Assembly: GCF_000027125.1 (NCBI RefSeq)
Contig: NC_017626.1
Strand: one strand, 5' to 3'
DNA from: Escherichia coli 042
GTDB lineage: Bacteria; Pseudomonadota; Gammaproteobacteria; Enterobacterales; Enterobacteriaceae
DNA: 64,000 nt
Under the pieces are notes generated by a model that was given only the letters and a program-made list of their open reading frames with translations, made no database searches and was not told the origin of the DNA. Each line of letters opens with the position of its first letter. Within the stretch, counting starts at the first letter, position 1. The position numbers and the translations under genes are program-made. Below, piece by piece: positions 1 through 16,048 of the stretch.

Positions 1-2556
1 CTGGCGGGAGGCTTTAACGGACCGGTACTCCCGGTGACGCCAGCCTGGAAAGCGGTGTTGGGTGTGTTGGCCTGGCCGGATATTGCCAGCTTGCCCTTTA
101 CACCCGACCTTGCGGTTTTATGTACTAATGCCAACCGTAATCTTGTTCTTCTGGAAGAGCTCGGCGAGAAAGGCTGTAAAACCTGCATTATTCTTTCCGC
201 CCCGGCATCGCAACATGAAGATCTCCGCGCCTGCGCCCTGCGCCATAACATGCGCCTGCTAGGACCAAACAGTCTGGGCTTACTGGCTCCCTGGCAAGGT
301 CTGAATGCCAGCTTTTCGCCTGTGCCGATTAAACGCGGCAAGCTGGCGTTTATTTCGCAATCGGCTGCTGTCTCCAACACCATCCTCGACTGGGCGCAAC
401 AGCGTGAGATGGGCTTTTCCTACTTTATTGCGCTCGGCGACAGCCTGGATATCGACGTTGATGAATTGCTCGACTATCTGGCGCGCGACAGTAAAACCAG
501 CGCCATCCTGCTCTATCTCGAACAGTTAAGCGACGCACGACGCTTTGTTTCGGCGGCCCGTAGTGCCTCTCGCAATAAACCGATTCTGGTGATTAAAAGC
601 GGACGTAGCCCGGCGGCTCAACGTCTGTTGAACACCACGGCAGGAATGGATCCGGCGTGGGATGCGGCTATTCAGCGTGCCGGTTTGTTGCGGGTACAGG
701 ATACTCACGAGCTGTTTTCGGCGGTGGAAACCCTCAGCCATATGCGCCCGCTGCGTGGCGACCGGCTGATGATTATCAGCAACGGTGCTGCGCCTGCCGC
801 GCTGGCGCTGGATGCCTTATGGTCACGCAATGGCAAGCTGGCAACGCTAAGCGAAGAAACCTGCCAGAAACTGCGCGATGCACTGCCAGAACATGTGGCA
901 ATCTCTAACCCGCTCGATCTACGCGATGACGCCAGCAGTGAGCACTATATTAAAACGCTGGATATTCTGCTCCACAGCCAGGATTTTGACGCGCTGATGG
1001 TTATTCATTCGCCCAGCGCCGCTGCTCCCGCAACAGAAAGTGCGCAAGCATTAATTGAAGCGGTAAAGCATCATCCCCGCAGCAAGTATGTTTCTCTGCT
1101 GACGAACTGGTGTGGCGAGTACTCCTCGCAAGAGGCACGACGATTATTCAGTGAAGCCGGGCTGCCGACCTATCGCACGCCGGAAGGAACCATCACTGCT
1201 TTTATGCATATGGTGGAGTACCGGCGTAATCAGAAGCAACTACGCGAAACGCCGGCGTTGCCCAGCAATCTGACCTCCAATACCGCAGAAGCGCATCTTC
1301 TGTTGCAACAGGCGATTGCCGAAGGGGCTACGTCGCTTGATACCCATGAGGTTCAGCCCATCCTGCAAGCGTATGGCATGAACACGCTCCCCACCTGGAT
1401 TGCCAGCGATAGCACCGAAGCGGTGCATATTGCCGAACAGATTGGTTATCCGGTGGCGCTGAAATTGCGTTCGCCGGATATTCCACATAAATCGGAAGTT
1501 CAGGGCGTCATGCTCTACCTGCGTACAGCTAATGAAGTCCAGCAAGCGGCAAACGCTATTTTCGATCGCGTAAAAATGGCCTGGCCGCAGGCGCGGATCC
1601 ACGGCCTGTTAGTGCAAAGTATGGCTAACCGTGCTGGCGCTCAGGAGTTGCGGGTTGTGGTTGAGTACGATCCGGTTTTCGGGCCGTTGATCATGCTGGG
1701 CGAAGGCGGTGTGGAGTGGCGTCCTGAAGATCAAGCCGTCGTCGCGTTACCACCGCTGAACATGAACCTGGCCCGCTATCTGGTTATTCAGGGGATCAAA
1801 AGTAAAAAGATTCGTGCGCGCAGTGCGCTACGCCCATTGGATGTTGCAGGCTTGAGCCAGCTTCTGGTGCAGGTTTCCAACTTGATTGTCGATTGCCCGG
1901 AAATTCAACGTCTGGACATTCATCCTTTGCTGGCTTCTGGCAGTGAATTTACCGCGCTGGACGTCACGCTGGATATCGCGCCGTTTGAAGGCGATAACGA
2001 GAGCCGGCTGGCAGTGCGCCCTTATCCACATCAGCTGGAAGAGTGGGTAGAATTGAAAAACGGTGAACGCTGCTTGTTCCGCCCGATTTTGCCAGAAGAT
2101 GAGCCACAACTTCAGCAGTTCATTTCGCGAGTCACCAAAGAAGATCTTTATTACCGCTACTTTAGCGAGATCAACGAATTTACCCATGAAGATTTAGCCA
2201 ACATGACGCAGATCGACTACGATCGGGAAATGGCGTTTGTAGCGGTACGACGTATTGATCAAACGGAAGAGATCCTCGGCGTCACGCGTGCGATCTCCGA
2301 CCCTGATAACATCGATGCCGAATTTGCCGTGCTGGTTCGCTCGGATCTCAAAGGGTTAGGCTTAGGTCGACGCTTAATGGAAAAGTTGATTACCTATACG
2401 CGAGATCACGGACTGCAACGTCTGAATGGTATTACGATGCCAAACAATCGTGGCATGGTGGCGCTGGCCCGCAAGCTCGGGTTTAACGTTGATATCCAGC
2501 TCGAAGAGGGGATCGTTGGGCTTACGCTAAATCTTGCCCAGCGCGAGGAATCATGA
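1..2556 (+). CDS. patZ: Protein lysine acetyltransferase Pka/PatZ (YfiQ), 5' partial: reading frame is open from window position 1
   Basis: Long ORF whose translation matches the recalled PatZ sequence (NDP-forming acyl-CoA synthetase-like region plus C-terminal GNAT); frame open upstream of the first Met at 34. Confidence 0.9.
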   Translation: MAGGFNGPVLPVTPAWKAVLGVLAWPDIASLPFTPDLAVLCTNANRNLVLLEELGEKGCKTCIILSAPASQHEDLRACALRHNMRLLGPNSLGLLAPWQGLNASFSPVPIKRGKLAFISQSAAVSNTILDWAQQREMGFSYFIALGDSLDIDVDELLDYLARDSKTSAILLYLEQLSDARRFVSAARSASRNKPILVIKSGRSPAAQRLLNTTAGMDPAWDAAIQRAGLLRVQDTHELFSAVETLSHMRPLRGDRLMIISNGAAPAALALDALWSRNGKLATLSEETCQKLRDALPEHVAISNPLDLRDDASSEHYIKTLDILLHSQDFDALMVIHSPSAAAPATESAQALIEAVKHHPRSKYVSLLTNWCGEYSSQEARRLFSEAGLPTYRTPEGTITAFMHMVEYRRNQKQLRETPALPSNLTSNTAEAHLLLQQAIAEGATSLDTHEVQPILQAYGMNTLPTWIASDSTEAVHIAEQIGYPVALKLRSPDIPHKSEVQGVMLYLRTANEVQQAANAIFDRVKMAWPQARIHGLLVQSMANRAGAQELRVVVEYDPVFGPLIMLGEGGVEWRPEDQAVVALPPLNMNLARYLVIQGIKSKKIRARSALRPLDVAGLSQLLVQVSNLIVDCPEIQRLDIHPLLASGSEFTALDVTLDIAPFEGDNESRLAVRPYPHQLEEWVELKNGERCLFRPILPEDEPQLQQFISRVTKEDLYYRYFSEINEFTHEDLANMTQIDYDREMAFVAVRRIDQTEEILGVTRAISDPDNIDAEFAVLVRSDLKGLGLGRRLMEKLITYTRDHGLQRLNGITMPNNRGMVALARKLGFNVDIQLEEGIVGLTLNLAQREES

Positions 2557-2666
2557 GTAAGGTACTGGAAATGTTGACCACTTAATCGGGACTGGTGTTA
2601 TTATTGCCCGCTTATGTCGTCTGCATTGCACAGAGGACCCTTCAATGAACAGAGAAGAAATGCACT

Positions 2667-4025
2667 GTGATGTTGTCAAAATTTAAGCGTAATAAACATC
2701 AACAACACCTTGCCCAACTACCCAAGATTTCTCAATCAGTTGATGATGTCGATTTCTTTTACGCTCCCGCCGACTTCCGGGAGACGCTGCTGGAAAAAAT
2801 AGCCAGCGCGAAGCAGCGCATTTGCATTGTCGCCCTGTATCTCGAACAGGATGACGGTGGCAAAGGCATTCTGAACGCGTTGTATGAGGCTAAAAGGCAG
2901 CGTCCGGAACTGGATGTGCGGGTGCTGGTCGACTGGCATCGTGCACAACGTGGACGCATTGGCGCTGCGGCATCTAACACTAACGCTGACTGGTACTGCC
3001 GCATGGCGCAGGAAAATCCGGGCGTAGATGTTCCGGTTTATGGCGTTCCAATCAATACCCGTGAAGCCCTTGGTGTTCTGCACTTTAAAGGCTTTATCAT
3101 CGACGATAGCGTACTTTATAGCGGTGCCAGCCTGAACGATGTTTACCTGCATCAGCACGATAAATATCGCTACGACCGTTATCATCTTATCCGTAACCGT
3201 AAGATGTCAGACATTATGTTTGAATGGGTTACACAGAATATTATGAATGGCCGCGGCGTTAATCGTCTGGATGATGTTAATCGGCCAAAAAGCCCGGAAA
3301 TCAAGAACGATATTCGTCTGTTCCGCCAGGAGCTGCGTGATGCCGCTTATCATTTCCAGGGCGATGCCGACAACGATCAGCTTTCCGTAACGCCGTTGGT
3401 AGGTCTGGGGAAATCGAGTCTGTTGAACGAGACCATTTTCCATCTTATGCCTTGTGCCGAGCAGAAACTAACCATCTGCACACCATACTTCAACCTGCCA
3501 GCAATCCTTGTGCGCAATATCATCCAGTTACTGCGCGAAGGGAAAAAGGTCGAAATTATTGTTGGTGATAAAACCGCGAATGACTTCTACATTCCGGAAG
3601 ATGAACCTTTCAAGATAATTGGCGCATTGCCTTATCTCTATGAGATCAATCTGCGTCGTTTCCTGAGCCGTTTGCAGTATTACGTCAATACTGACCAGTT
3701 AGTGGTTCGGTTATGGAAAGATGACGACAACACCTATCACCTGAAAGGGATGTGGGTTGATGATAAGTGGATGTTGATCACCGGTAATAACCTGAACCCG
3801 CGCGCCTGGCGTCTGGATCTGGAAAACGCCATTTTGATCCACGATCCGCAACTGGAGCTTGCGCCACAGCGAGAGAAAGAACTGGAGCTGATCCGCGAGC
3901 ATACCACCATCGTTAAGCACTATCGCGATCTGCAAAGTATTGCCGATTATCCGGTGAAGGTTCGTAAACTCATCCGTCGTTTGCGCCGTATCCGCATCGA
4001 CCGATTAATTAGCCGCATCCTGTAA
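2667..4025 (+). CDS. pssA: Phosphatidylserine synthase
   Basis: 452-aa ORF; translation matches recalled PssA; conserved position after patZ. Confidence 0.92.
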   Translation: MMLSKFKRNKHQQHLAQLPKISQSVDDVDFFYAPADFRETLLEKIASAKQRICIVALYLEQDDGGKGILNALYEAKRQRPELDVRVLVDWHRAQRGRIGAAASNTNADWYCRMAQENPGVDVPVYGVPINTREALGVLHFKGFIIDDSVLYSGASLNDVYLHQHDKYRYDRYHLIRNRKMSDIMFEWVTQNIMNGRGVNRLDDVNRPKSPEIKNDIRLFRQELRDAAYHFQGDADNDQLSVTPLVGLGKSSLLNETIFHLMPCAEQKLTICTPYFNLPAILVRNIIQLLREGKKVEIIVGDKTANDFYIPEDEPFKIIGALPYLYEINLRRFLSRLQYYVNTDQLVVRLWKDDDNTYHLKGMWVDDKWMLITGNNLNPRAWRLDLENAILIHDPQLELAPQREKELELIREHTTIVKHYRDLQSIADYPVKVRKLIRRLRRIRIDRLISRIL

Positions 4026-4029
4026 TCAC

Positions 4030-4058
4030 AACCCCGTCCTGTACGGGGTTTGTTTTTT
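4030..4058 (+). terminator. Rho-independent terminator after pssA
   Basis: GC hairpin aaccccgtcctgtacggggtt followed by a T-run. Confidence 0.7.
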
Positions 4059-4070
4059 GGAGGCCACGTT

Positions 4071-4394
4071 TTGCGTATTCTTTTTGTCTGCTCGCTATTG
4101 TTACTTTCTGGATGCAGCCATATGGCTAACGATAGCTGGAGCGGGCAGGATAAAGCTCAACACTTTATCGCCTCGGCGATGCTTTCCGCCGCCGGAAATG
4201 AATATGCACAGCATCAGGGGATGAGTCGCGATCGCAGTGCCACTTTCGGGCTGATGTTCTCTGTTGGGCTGGGCGCGTCAAAAGAACTTTGGGATAGCCG
4301 CCCCGAGGGGAGCGGCTGGAGCTGGAAAGATTTTACCTGGGATGTCGCCGGTGCAACTACCGGCTATACCATCTGGCAACTGGCGCATCACTAA
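4071..4394 (+). CDS. yfiM: Lipoprotein YfiM
   Basis: ORF with lipobox LLLSGC; probable TTG start at 4071 giving 107 aa (the track ORF starts at 4050). Confidence 0.75.
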   Translation: MRILFVCSLLLLSGCSHMANDSWSGQDKAQHFIASAMLSAAGNEYAQHQGMSRDRSATFGLMFSVGLGASKELWDSRPEGSGWSWKDFTWDVAGATTGYTIWQLAHH

Positions 4395-5689
4395 AGACGC
4401 ATCCCTTTTCCTTTACGGTGCAATGTTAGTGAAACCAGAAACGCCACCACGGCCATCAAGGTCACATACCAGAAGAAGGCTGTTTCCATTCCTATTGATT
4501 TCAGTGACAACGCTACGTACTCTGCTGAGCCACCAAATATCGCATTAGCGACGGCATACGACAGACCAACACCTAATGCGCGAACCTGGGCCGGGAACAT
4601 TTCAGCCTTCAGTATTCCACTGATTGAAGTATAAAAACTCACTATCAGCAGGGCGCACATCACCAGACCAAAAGCGGCATAAGGCGAAGAAACGTTCTGC
4701 AATGCTGAGAGAATAGGAACGGTAAAAATGGTTGCCAGAGAACCGAAACATAACATTGAGGTACGACGACCAATCTTATCCGACAGCGCGCCAATAAGTG
4801 GTTGAATAAGCATGAATACAAACAATGCGGCAGTCATAATGCCACTCGCCACGTTGGCATGCATTCCCGCAGTATTTACCAGATACTTCTGCATATAAGT
4901 GGTGAAGGTATAGAAACAAAGGGAGCCCGCAGCGGTAAAACCGAGAACCATGATGAATGCACGGCGATTGCGCCATAATCCTTTCAGAGATCCAGCTTCT
5001 TTTAAAGCGCGTGTTTCTTGTTGTGAAGTTTCATCTAACTGACGACGTAACCACAACGCCACAACAGCTAACACAGCTCCTAACGCGAAAGGAATACGCC
5101 ATCCCCACTCTCTAAGTGCAGCGTCTTCCATGGTGTGTTGTAAAACCACGACAACCAGTAGAGCTAGCAGTTGCCCGCCGATCAACGTCACATACTGAAA
5201 TGATGCGTAAAAACCTTTGCGCCCTTCAACGGCAACTTCACTCATATAGGTGGCGCTGGTGCCATATTCTCCGCCAACGGATAATCCCTGGAATAAACGA
5301 GCAAGAAGCAATAATGCCGGAGCCCAGGTACCGATTGTTTCGTAGCCTGGCAAACAGGCGATAACCAGTGAGCCGAAACACATCATACACACCGATAACA
5401 GCATCGATTTTTTGCGACCATGTTTATCTGCTATGCGGCCAAATAGCCAACCGCCTATCGGGCGCATCAGAAATCCCGCAGCAAAAACACCTGCTGTTTG
5501 CAGTAGTTGAGTCGTCGTGTTCCCGGAAGGGAAGAAGATGTGGGCGAAGTAGAGTGAACAGAACGAGTAGACATAGAAATCGAACCACTCGACCAGATTA
5601 CCTGAAGAGGCCCCCACAATTGCCCAAATGCGGCGACGAGTATCACTACTTGTCAGTTTGCTGTCTGCCGTTACAGTACTTTCAGCCAT
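4391..5689 (-). CDS. kgtP: Alpha-ketoglutarate permease (MFS transporter)
   Basis: 432-aa polytopic membrane protein; translation matches recalled KgtP. Confidence 0.92.
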   Translation of the reverse strand: MAESTVTADSKLTSSDTRRRIWAIVGASSGNLVEWFDFYVYSFCSLYFAHIFFPSGNTTTQLLQTAGVFAAGFLMRPIGGWLFGRIADKHGRKKSMLLSVCMMCFGSLVIACLPGYETIGTWAPALLLLARLFQGLSVGGEYGTSATYMSEVAVEGRKGFYASFQYVTLIGGQLLALLVVVVLQHTMEDAALREWGWRIPFALGAVLAVVALWLRRQLDETSQQETRALKEAGSLKGLWRNRRAFIMVLGFTAAGSLCFYTFTTYMQKYLVNTAGMHANVASGIMTAALFVFMLIQPLIGALSDKIGRRTSMLCFGSLATIFTVPILSALQNVSSPYAAFGLVMCALLIVSFYTSISGILKAEMFPAQVRALGVGLSYAVANAIFGGSAEYVALSLKSIGMETAFFWYVTLMAVVAFLVSLTLHRKGKGMRL

Positions 5690-6011
5690 GCCATTATGTC
5701 TCCTGCCGTAATCCGATGCTTTTGTCGGTCGCTGTTGTTTATTTTTTTGGCAAAGAAAATGTTATACATTTGTTGCATATCATTATGCAACCTTAACCAT
5801 GAATTTAGTTAGCAGGAAAATGGTTATTAAGGAGCTTAAGGATAGATTTCTGGTAAGGAGGAAGTATGGAAGTGGGCAATTTGGGGAAGCCGTATTCGCT
5901 GTTGAATCTGGCTTATGTGGGGGGATAATGCGGATATTTACACTCGCCGCAACTCTTCGTAGGTCGGGTAAGACGCGCCAGCGTCGCATCCGGCCTTCTT
6001 CTGCTCCAGCG

Positions 6012-6039
6012 CAAAAAGGCCATCCTGACGGATGGCCTT
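6012..6039 (-). terminator. rRNA operon terminator
   Basis: Hairpin aaggccatcctgacggatggcctt with T-run on the minus strand directly downstream of 5S rRNA. Confidence 0.75.
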
Positions 6040-6051
6040 CTGCTTAATTTG

Positions 6052-6171
6052 ATGCCTGGCAGTTCCCTACTCTCGCATGGGGAGACCCCACACTACCATC
6101 GGCGCTACGGCGTTTCACTTCTGAGTTCGGCATGGGGTCAGGTGGGACCACCGCGCTAAGGCCGCCAGGCA
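6052..6171 (-). rRNA. rrfG: 5S ribosomal RNA
   Basis: 120-nt reverse-complement match to the E. coli 5S sequence (atgcctggcagttccctactctcgcatgggg ... ccgccaggca). Confidence 0.95.
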
Positions 6172-6262
6172 AATTCTGTTTATCAGACCGCTTCTGCGTT
6201 CTGATTTAATCTGTATCAGGCTGAAAATCTTCTCTCATCCGCCAAAACATCTTCGGCGTTGT

Positions 6263-9166
<2,904 letters not shown>

Positions 9167-9359
9167 TCACAACCCGAAGATGTTTCTTTCGATTCATCAT
9201 CGTGTTGCGAAAATTTGAGAGACTCACGAACAACTTTCGTTGTTCAGTGTTTCAATTTTCAGCTTGATCCAGATTTTTAAAGAGCAAATATCTCAAACAT
9301 CACCCGAAGATGAGTTTTGAGATATTAAGGCAGGTGACTTTCACTCACAAACCAGCAAG

Positions 9360-9435
9360 TGGCGTCCCCTAGGGGATTCGAACCCCTGTTACCGCCGTGA
9401 AAGGGCGGTGTCCTGGGCCTCTAGACGAAGGGGAC
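9360..9435 (-). tRNA. gltW: tRNA-Glu in the 16S-23S spacer
   Basis: 76-nt reverse-complement match to tRNA-Glu (tggcgtcccctaggggattcgaacccctgttaccgccgtgaaagggcggtgtcctgggcctctagacgaaggggac). Confidence 0.95.
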
Positions 9436-9520
9436 GTATCAGCCTGCTTCGCAAGACGCCTTGCTTTTCACTTTCTATCAGACAATCTGTGTGAGCACTG
9501 CAAAGCACAGTTCTTTAAGG

Positions 9521-11062
<1,542 letters not shown>

Positions 11063-11243
11063 AAAAGTTTGATGCTCAAAGAATTAAACTTCGTAATGAA
11101 TTACGTGTTCACTCTTGAGACTTGGTATTCATTTTTCGTCTTGCGACGTTAAGAATCCGTATCTTCGAGTGCCCACACAGATTGTCTGATAAATTGTTAA
11201 AGAGCAGTGCCGCTTCGCTTTTTCTCAGCGGCGCGGGGTGTGC

Positions 11244-11271
11244 ATAATACGCTTTCCCGCTACAGAGTCAA
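11244..11271 (-). promoter_or_regulatory. rRNA operon promoter P2
   Basis: On the minus strand TTGACT, 16-bp spacer, TATTAT, upstream of 16S. Confidence 0.7.
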
Positions 11272-11360
11272 GCATTTTTTGCTTTTCTCTGTTGAGATTC
11301 TCAGGAGAACCCCGCTGACCCGGCGGCGTGTTTGCCGTTGTTCCGTGTCAGTGGTGGCGC

Positions 11361-11388
11361 ATTATAGGGAGTTATTCCGGCCTGACAA
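11361..11388 (-). promoter_or_regulatory. rRNA operon promoter P1
   Basis: On the minus strand TTGTCA, 16-bp spacer GGCCGGAATAACTCCC, TATAAT; the canonical rrn P1 core. Confidence 0.8.
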
Positions 11389-11469
11389 GCGAAAAATATA
11401 AAAACTTTATCGTTCGCTCATTTTTCAGGCAAAACATCTTAAATATAGTCTTTTCCGTCTAATTTATAG

Positions 11470-11498
11470 ACAAAAACGAGCCCCGAAGGGCTCGTTTT
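11470..11498 (-). terminator. clpB terminator
   Basis: Hairpin aaacgagccccgaagggctcgttt with T-run on the minus strand just past the clpB stop. Confidence 0.75.
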
Positions 11499-11502
11499 AT
11501 CA

Positions 11503-14076
11503 TTACTGGACGGCGACAATCCGGTCTTCATTAACTTCCAGGCGAATAACTTTACCCGGAACCAATTCACCAGACAGTATTTGCTGTGCCAGCGGGTTTT
11601 CGATCTGCTGCTGGATAGCACGTTTCAGAGGACGTGCACCATAGACCGGATCGTAACCGTTCTCGCTCAGCAGTTTCAGCGCCTCGTCAGAAATGTGGAT
11701 TTCATAACCACGTTCTTCCAGACGTTTGTACAGACGTTTCAACTGAATCTGCGCAATCGACGCAATGTGCTGTTCACCCAGCGGATGGAAGACCACCACT
11801 TCATCGATACGGTTAATGAATTCCGGACGGAAGTTATGGCTTACCACACCGAGCACCAGCTCTTTCATGTGCGCATAATCCAGTTCACCGAAGCGTTCCT
11901 GAATCAAATCGGAACCGAGGTTAGAGGTCATAATGACAACCGTATTACGGAAGTCGACCGTTCTCCCCTGCCCGTCAGTCAGACGCCCATCATCCAGTAC
12001 CTGCAACAGAATGTTGAAGACATCCGGATGCGCTTTTTCCACTTCATCCAGCAGTATGACGGAATACGGACGACGACGCACCGCTTCGGTCAGGTAGCCA
12101 CCTTCTTCATAACCGACATATCCCGGAGGCGCACCAACCAGACGAGACACCGAGTGTTTCTCCATAAACTCGGACATATCGATACGGACCATCGCCTCGT
12201 CGCTATCAAACATAAAGTTCGCCAGCGCCTTACAAAGCTCAGTTTTCCCCACACCCGTTGGGCCGAGGAACAGGAATGAACCAATCGGGCGATTCGGGTC
12301 AGCAAGCCCTGCGCGGCTACGACGAATAGCGTTAGATACCGCATCAACCGCTTCGTTCTGACCAATAACGCGATGGTGCAGCTCTTGCTCCATACGCAGC
12401 AGTTTTTCGCGCTCGCTTTCCATCATGCGAGAAACCGGAATCCCCGTCCAACGCGCCAGCACTTCAGCAATTTCGGCGTCGGTCACTTTATTACGCAACA
12501 GACGCATAGTTTTGCCTTCGAGCTGCGTTGCGGCTTCCAGTTGCTTTTCCAGTTCCGGGATTTTGCCGTATTGCAGTTCAGACATCCGCGCCAGGTCCCC
12601 CACACGGCGAGCCTGTTCAATAGCGATTTTCGCCTGTTCCAGTTCCGCTTTAATGGTCTGCGTACCAGAAAGCGATGCCTTCTCTGCTTTCCACTCTTCT
12701 TCTAACTCAGAGTACTGACGTTCTTTGTCGCTCAGTTCTTCGTTGAGCATATCCAGACGTTTTTTACTGGCTTCATCAGACTCTTTCATTAACGCCTGTT
12801 GTTCCAGTTTGAGCTGGATGATACGGCGATCGAGTCGGTCGAGTTCTTCTGGTTTTGAGTCAATCTGCATACGAATGCTGGATGCTGCTTCATCGATCAG
12901 GTCGATGGCTTTATCCGGCAGCTGACGGTCAGCAATGTAGCGATGTGACAACGTCGCCGCTGCAACAATTGCCGGGTCAGTAATTTGCACATGGTGGTGC
13001 AGCTCGTAACGTTCTTTCAGGCCACGCAGAATCGCAATGGTATCTTCAACAGAAGGCTCGGCAACAAACACTTTCTGGAAACGACGTTCCAGCGCAGCAT
13101 CTTTTTCGATGTACTGGCGATATTCGTCAAGCGTCGTGGCACCTACGCAGTGCAATTCACCACGCGCCAGCGCCGGTTTCAGCATGTTTCCGGCGTCCAT
13201 TGCGCCATCTGCTTTACCCGCGCCGACCATGGTATGTAATTCGTCGATAAACAGGATGACGTTGCCTTCCTGTTTAGCAAGATCGTTAAGTACGCCTTTT
13301 AAACGTTCTTCAAACTCACCGCGATATTTCGCCCCAGCCACCAGCGCGCCCATATCCAGCGCCAGTACGCGGCGGCCTTTCAACCCTTCCGGCACTTCGC
13401 CGTTGATGATACGCTGCGCCAGACCTTCAACGATGGCAGTTTTACCGACGCCTGGTTCACCAATCAGTACCGGGTTATTTTTAGTACGACGTTGCAGCAC
13501 CTGAATGGTACGGCGAATTTCTTCATCACGACCAATCACCGGATCGAGTTTACCCTGTTCGGCTCGTTCGGTAAGGTCGATGGTATATTTTTTCAAAGCC
13601 TGACGTTGGTCTTCAGCACCTTGATCGTTCACGCTTTCACCTCCACGCATTTGTTCAATCGCTTGAGTAATGTTGGCGGTGGTCGCCCCTGCTGCTTTCA
13701 GGATGTCGGCCAGCGTGCCGCGAGACTCAAGTGCCGCCAGAACGAACAGTTCTGACGAGATAAAGTTATCACCACGTTTTTGCGCCAGCTTGTCGCAAAG
13801 ATTAAGAACGCGCACCAGATCCTGTGATGGCTGGACATCACCACCAGTACCTTCAACCTGCGGTAAACGATTTAATGCCTGATTGATATCTGTGCGCAAC
13901 TGGCCAGCATTAATGCCAGCGGATGTTAATAAAGGACTAACCGAACCCCCTTCCTGATTCAGCAGGGCGCTCATTAAATGAAGTGGTTCGATGAATTGGT
14001 TGTCGTGCCCGAGTGCAAGTGATTGGGCATCGGCAAGAGCAAGCTGGAATTTATTAGTAAGACGATCCAGACGCAT
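11503..14076 (-). CDS. clpB: Disaggregase chaperone ClpB
   Basis: Translation [11 protein letters not shown]... with two AAA+ modules (GEPGVGKT and GPTGVGKT Walker A motifs); the track ORF begins 4 codons upstream at 14088. Confidence 0.93.
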
Positions 14077-14205
14077 AACTCCTCCCATAACGGATCAAAG
14101 TTGCTACTGGAGATTAAATGAGGTCATCCCTCAATTATTCAAGGTTATTGACCAGATTAATGTGAAAAGAAAATCACGCGTACCGGATCGTCTTGATTCT
14201 TTAGG

Positions 14206-14937
14206 TTATATCAGCCAAATGAAACTTGCCATACGACCGGTGGTCTTGTCGCGACGATAAGAGAAGAAAGTCTCATTTTCCGTATATGTACAACGGTCAC
14301 CGCCGAAAATTTGTTCGACACCGACGTTCGCCAGACGCTGCCGGGCAAGGAGATAAATATCCGCCAGATACTTATCACCATGCTGAATGAAAGCTGTACT
14401 CGCTTTGGCGTCTACTGCCATAAACGCCTCGCGAACCTCCGCCCCCACTTCAAACGCGCGTGGACCAATTGCCGGCCCTAACCAGGCGAGAATATTTTCC
14501 GGATTATCAGCAAAACAGGAAACCGTCTCTTCCAGCACGCCTGAGCACAGTCCACGCCAGCCAGCATGAGCGGCGGCGACTTCCGTTCCCGCTCGATTGC
14601 AAAACAGCACGGGGAGGCAGTCGGCAGTCATCACTGCGCAAACCGTGCCCGGCGTGTTGCTATAAGAGGCATCTGCTCGTTTTGAGGCATAAGGTTCGCC
14701 AGTAAGCTTAAGCACATCTTTGCCGTGTACCTGCTCAAGCCAGACCGGTTTTGAAGGCAAACTGCCCGCAGCAAAAAGTCGCTTGCGATTCTCCTCAACG
14801 TGATCCGGGTTATCGCCACAATGAGCACCGAGGTTGAGCGAGTCATACGGGGGCAAGCTCACGCCGCCGATACGAGTGGAGCTACAGGCCGCAACACCTT
14901 TTGGCAGCGGCCACTGCGGGACAATCAGCTTACTCAT
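14206..14937 (-). CDS. pgeF: Purine nucleoside phosphorylase/laccase-domain protein YfiH
   Basis: 243-aa ORF in conserved position between clpB and rluD. Confidence 0.88.
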   Translation of the reverse strand: MSKLIVPQWPLPKGVAACSSTRIGGVSLPPYDSLNLGAHCGDNPDHVEENRKRLFAAGSLPSKPVWLEQVHGKDVLKLTGEPYASKRADASYSNTPGTVCAVMTADCLPVLFCNRAGTEVAAAHAGWRGLCSGVLEETVSCFADNPENILAWLGPAIGPRAFEVGAEVREAFMAVDAKASTAFIQHGDKYLADIYLLARQRLANVGVEQIFGGDRCTYTENETFFSYRRDKTTGRMASFIWLI

Positions 14938-15914
14938 AACCAGTCCACTTCATCCTTATGCTCTTCGAAATCGGCGCGCATCACCTCAATCAGCTCCACC
15001 ATATCTTGTGGAATAGGCGCATGCCATTCCATTTCGATGCCGGAGATCGGGTGATAAAGACGCAGCATGGTTGCATGTAGCGCCTGGCGGTCAAACTTAC
15101 GCAGCGTGGAGATAAACGCTTCCGAAGCACCTTTTGGCGGACGCGGACGGCCACCATAAACCGGATCGCCCACCAGCGGATGAGTGATATGGGCCATATG
15201 CACGCGGATCTGGTGCGTACGTCCGGTTTCCAGACGCAACCGCAGACGCGTGTGCACACGGAAGTGTTCCATGATGCGATAGTGAGTGACCGCCGGTTTG
15301 CCCATGGGATGTACCGCCATGTGAGTACGTTTGGTCGGGTGGCGGCTGATTGGTTCATCTACTGTACCGCCAGCGGTCATATGACCAATTGCCACCGCTT
15401 CATACTCACGAGTAATTTCACGCCGTTGCAAAGATTCGACTAAACGCGTCTGAGCCGGAACGGTTTTTGCCACAACCATCAGGCCGGTGGTGTCTTTATC
15501 CAGACGATGGACGATGCCCGCACGCGGTACATCGGCAATGGGCGGATAATAATGAAGCAACGCATTCAGTACCGTGCCATCCGGGTTACCCGCGCCAGGA
15601 TGTACCACCAGGTCGCGTGGTTTATTAATGACGATGATATCTTCATCTTCATAGACGATATCCAGCGGGATATCCTGCGGTTCAAAACGCGCTTCTTCTT
15701 CAATCTCAGCGTTGATGGCAACCTGCTCGCCACCCAATACTTTTTCTTTCGGCTTATCACAAACTTTGCCGTTAACCAGCACGCGCTGGTCGAGGATCCA
15801 TTCTTTTATTCGCGAACGTGAATAATCCGGGAACATTTCGGCCAAAGCCTGATCTAAGCGTTGACCGAGTTGGTTTTCGGACACCGTTGCAGTGAGCTGT
15901 ACTCGTTGTGCCAT
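14934..15914 (-). CDS. rluD: 23S rRNA pseudouridine synthase RluD
   Basis: 326-aa ORF with HRLDKDTTG pseudouridine synthase motif; 4-bp overlap with pgeF. Confidence 0.92.
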   Translation of the reverse strand: MAQRVQLTATVSENQLGQRLDQALAEMFPDYSRSRIKEWILDQRVLVNGKVCDKPKEKVLGGEQVAINAEIEEEARFEPQDIPLDIVYEDEDIIVINKPRDLVVHPGAGNPDGTVLNALLHYYPPIADVPRAGIVHRLDKDTTGLMVVAKTVPAQTRLVESLQRREITREYEAVAIGHMTAGGTVDEPISRHPTKRTHMAVHPMGKPAVTHYRIMEHFRVHTRLRLRLETGRTHQIRVHMAHITHPLVGDPVYGGRPRPPKGASEAFISTLRKFDRQALHATMLRLYHPISGIEMEWHAPIPQDMVELIEVMRADFEEHKDEVDWL

Positions 15915-16048
15915 ATATACTGCTTCTTCGTTTATCGTTGGGGTTTTACGGCTTTGCCGTTTAATATAGTGTGCTATTGTAGCTGGTCTTAACCGGGAGC
16001 AGGAACAGAGAATCTCCCGTATTACATTTTGAGGAAAGTCAAAACGTC

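Noticed and set aside
11207-11401. 64-aa ORF across the rRNA promoter region
   Set aside because: It overlaps the rrn P1/P2 promoters and upstream activating region; non-coding regulatory DNA.
11581-13882. Plus-strand ORFs (up to 232 aa) antisense to clpB
   Set aside because: The minus strand encodes ClpB with unmistakable AAA+ motifs; the antisense ORFs have no SD and low-complexity translations.
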